From the IMG/VR virus record IMGVR_UViG_3300005293_000009, positions 2,416 to 66,415 of that record: a stretch of DNA of 64,000 bases, one strand, 5' to 3'. Every line of letters starts with the position of its first letter. Positions within the stretch are counted from its first letter, which is position 1. Below, piece by piece: positions 61,701 through 64,000 of the stretch. This DNA comes from a virus. Made by a program: the position numbers and the translations under genes. The notes below the pieces were generated by a model that was not told the origin of the DNA, did not search any database, and saw nothing but the letters and a program-made list of their open reading frames with translations.

Positions 61701-62135
61701 ATGAGCGAAGATAAGACACCCGAGGCTGTAAAGCCCACTAAGACTTCCGTACCCTCGCCCGATGAGGAGCCGAAGCAGGCTAGCGCAAAGCCCGCAGGAG
61801 CCAAACCCGCCACGCGCAAGATTGCGCCCGGTAGCGTGGTAAGTGGCGAGGATACGGACCCCATTAAGTACAGTAGCGCGAAGCCTAGCCCGCTCAAGCG
61901 CGTGCTAACCGTGCTGCACCTTCAGCGCCGCCTAGTGGAAGAGGGATTCACAGAGGCCGCTAGCTCGCCTGGAGGCCGCTACGACGAGCTAACGAAGCGT
62001 GCGGTATCCCAGTACCAGGAATCGCTAGGCGAGGCCGCTACGGGGCTCCTAACGCGCGAGCAGTTCGCGGGCCTGTTCGAGGGTGACCCGAATGTGTCGG
62101 TATCCCTCGACACCCACGAGGACCACGCGGTTTAG
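61701..62135 (+). CDS. Peptidoglycan-binding domain protein
   Basis: VLHLQRRL...GF...GRYDELTKRAVSQYQ...ATG (PG_binding_1 pattern). Confidence 0.7.
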   Translation: MSEDKTPEAVKPTKTSVPSPDEEPKQASAKPAGAKPATRKIAPGSVVSGEDTDPIKYSSAKPSPLKRVLTVLHLQRRLVEEGFTEAASSPGGRYDELTKRAVSQYQESLGEAATGLLTREQFAGLFEGDPNVSVSLDTHEDHAV

Positions 62136-62240
62136 TGGTCAGACTCTTGTGTGCTCTCGTCCTGGTGTCGTTCTGGGTGATCCTAAACTGGTCCCCGTCT
62201 GAGGTTGACACTCGGACTGAGGACGTGCTAGAGTAGAGTC

Positions 62241-62495
62241 ATACAGGCGGTCGCACAAGGAGCCGCCGAACCTCACCCAAGGATGGTGAGCGGTCCAGCC
62301 GAAAGTGTGATAGGCTGAATCACAGAGGGGCAAGAGCCTGAGCCACCTACCGGAGAAGTTCCGGGTCGCCCCTCTACTACAACTTCATAAACCTGCTCGG
62401 ATGAGCCATGCGGTGTTCCCATTGAGTAACAGAGCCGCCTGCCCCGGTGTCAACAACCTTCCTCTCTGTTCCCTAGTTGACACCGGGGCATTTCT
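62241..62495 (+). ncRNA. Candidate ~250-nt structured RNA with an anti-leader loop
   Basis: TTGACA(62205)-18-TAGAGT; no start codon at +1; closing stem CAGGCGG/CCGCCTG; several hairpins; 14-bp terminal stem 62441-62489 with loop CCTTCCTCTCTGTTC. Confidence 0.6.
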
Positions 62496-62534
62496 CTGTT
62501 AGGCTCAGAGTATTCAAGGGGAGAGGAACCCAAC

Positions 62535-63549
62535 ATGCTTTACTTCATCATCGGCGCATCGCTCGCATTCGGGCTGTTCATGGGGCTGAAGACTGCGCAC
62601 ACGGCCACTGTAGAGGGCGAGAGCGTAGCAGACGCGCGCCTCCACGGCGTGCTGGGCGGCGTGCTGTGCGCTGTGTTCGCGGCGTGGGCGCTGTTCCTGG
62701 CGTGGGGCGTGGGCATGGCCTACTGGCACTTTATCGTCGCCTGAGCGCGACACGCTAGCGGTCTAGGTTTGCAACCTAGGCCGCTTTGCTGTAGGCTGTA
62801 GGTATGGATGCAGAGGTACGCGAGACACTGAGCCGCCACGGTATGACCGACGCGGATATCGAAACGCTCGCGGCGTTTGAGGCGCAGACGCGCAAGCGCA
62901 AGCCGCGCGCAAAGATTGTTGCTGAGCCGCTTGACTTTGGCGACTGGGCATAGTAGACTGGAACTATTCAAGGGGAGAGGAACCCGAAATGTTTCACGTT
63001 ATCTACACCAAGCACACGCGGTTCGGATACGTCACGCGCGTCAAGACGATCCGTACCGGTATCGAGGGCGTTCGTAAGTTCGTCACGACCCGCTGTGCGC
63101 CTGAGACTCACGTCATCGTGAAGTACGCGCGTACCGGGCAGGTTGTTTCGGTCTGGGCTTGACACTCGCGCAAAGAGTAGAGTAGAATAGAGTCATGACA
63201 GAGACACAGCCCACAGAGTTCGAGGACATGGTTGAGCCCGAACTGTGCCCCCACTGCGACCGCTACTTCGACGCAGACATTCGCGCGAACTGGGTTTCGA
63301 CCCCGTTCCACCTGATCTGCGGCCAGTGCGGCACCAACATCTGGCCCGAGAACGAAGTCAAGTGGCAGGAGCGGTAAAAAGTTCGGGGGAGAATGCTTGA
63401 CATTCTCCCCCGTACTATGTTAGACTGTAGGTACAGAGGGAGAGAGGAACCCCGAAATGACCGCTTACGAAGTACCTGCACTGGCACCCCGGCCCTGCTC
63501 GCATGAGGGCATCGTTCACCGCCCGTTGCTCAACGCGGAGCAGGACTGA
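62535..63549 (+). CDS. Five small genes (62535-62744 membrane, 62804-62953, 62989-63162, 63195-63377 Zn-ribbon, 63457-63549)
   Basis: Each has its own promoter. Confidence 0.6.
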
Positions 63550-63653
63550 GGGAGAGGGACCCGAGAGGGTCCCTTTCTTGCGGGCAGCATCACGCAAGAG
63601 TTCAGGCACTAAACCAGGGCAAAAAATGAGGGCCGGTTTCCCGGCCCTCTCGG

Positions 63654-63776
63654 CTAGTCGTCCAGGTCGAGGTCCCACTCGCCCGAGTCGATGTAGTCCT
63701 GGTCGAGTTCCGCCTGGTCGATAGCGGCCTCGCCCTGGTAGAGCGCGTTGCTCCGGATGCTTGCGTAGAGTGCCAT
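63654..63776 (-). CDS. 40-aa acidic protein (MALYASIRS...)
   Basis: AACAGAGAGGGAGG leader and minus-strand promoter. Confidence 0.55.
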   Translation of the reverse strand: MALYASIRSNALYQGEAAIDQAELDQDYIDSGEWDLDLDD

Positions 63777-64000
63777 GGGGCCTCCCTCTCTGTTGATACA
63801 AGTCTAACATAGTCTGTCGCAGAATGCAAACCCGAAACCCTGGCCGTTTTTAGGTAGGGATTCCAGTCTATCGGGTTTTCGCCCAGGATGCAAGAGGGAA
63901 ATTCAAGAATCTTTTTTCGGGTTTTGGTATTGCAACCCTGCCAACCTATGCTAAGCTGGTACTACCAACCAGGGAGAGGAACCCTAAAATGTCGAAGATC

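Larger units (their letters stand above)
1029..63195 (+). promoter_or_regulatory. Family of ~30 SigA-type promoters TTGACA-17/18-TAnnnT-6-ATG (leaderless mRNAs)
   Basis: ATGs at 1064, 10957, 19430, 20576, 23031, 23955, 25071, 27292, 28616, 29492, 30023, 31280, 33135, 33909, 34742, 35475, 37566, 38880, 41534, 42210, 44563, 46426, 47971, 48358, 50176, 52094, 60294, 62804, 63195. Confidence 0.88.
48748..63614. repeat. Dispersed 24-bp site CACGYAAGAGT-N6-RCTAAAC, 13 copies at unit boundaries
   Basis: + copies at 52502, 53973, 55268, 57234, 58423, 63591; - copies at 48748, 50812, 54395, 55945, 59014, 61101, 62130. Confidence 0.92.
57516..63985 (+). promoter_or_regulatory. Conserved start-associated leader (G)GGAGAG(AG)GAACCC
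   Basis: Copies before the ATGs at 57534, 58250, 58532, 58809, 60911, 62535, 62989, 63457 and 63989. Confidence 0.85.

Noticed and set aside
59885-62135. Lysis cassette (small TM genes plus PG-binding protein)
   Set aside because: No catalytic endolysin domain is adjacent and the genes are not contiguous, so a holin call is unsupported.
48748-63614. 24-bp repeats as a CRISPR array or integron attC sites
   Set aside because: Spacing is 0.4-2 kb, orientation is mixed and no cas gene is present. GTTTAGT only loosely resembles GTTRRRY, and there is no long attC palindrome or integrase.
1-64000. tRNA/tmRNA genes expected alongside a CCA enzyme
   Set aside because: No cloverleaf with a T-loop GTTCRA in an intergenic context was seen; they may lie outside the window (tRNAscan or ARAGORN would settle it).

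Overview
This is a 64-kb segment of a large, GC-rich tailed bacteriophage. The host is probably actinobacterial, judging from the Lsr2-like and NrdH-like genes and the SigA-type promoters with leaderless starts. Almost all genes are on the + strand. 1-4 kb: nucleotidyltransferase, 2H phosphoesterase (Acb1-like), two metallophosphoesterases and a HAD protein. 3.8-10.9 kb: virion/tail genes including a 2007-aa repeat protein. 11-31 kb: nucleotide and NAD metabolism and counter-defence genes (5'-nucleotidase, dNMP kinase, MoxR ATPase, rIIA/rIIB, Stealth-like protein, Prs-like + Nampt-like pair, PnuC + NadR, HD hydrolase, CCA enzyme, two DEDD nucleases). 31-47 kb: many small genes, an AT-rich island, a VWA protein, an HNH nuclease, a terminase-small-subunit-like gene and a degenerate CHAP protein. 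47-64 kb: an early/host-takeover-like region of tiny promoter-gene-terminator units. The main non-coding signals are: (i) 13 copies of a 24-bp bipartite site, CACGYAAGAGT-N6-RCTAAAC, that divide the 48.7-63.6 kb region into modules; (ii) several promoter-driven, ORF-less structured RNAs, two of which carry an identical 15-nt loop complementary to the phage's own purine-rich mRNA leaders; (iii) about 30 leaderless promoter-ATG units; (iv) a strand-polarised cluster of more than 40 AACCG pentamers just downstream of the terS-like gene. I saw no tRNA, rRNA, CRISPR array or integrase. All functional calls come from motif recognition by eye, not database searches.
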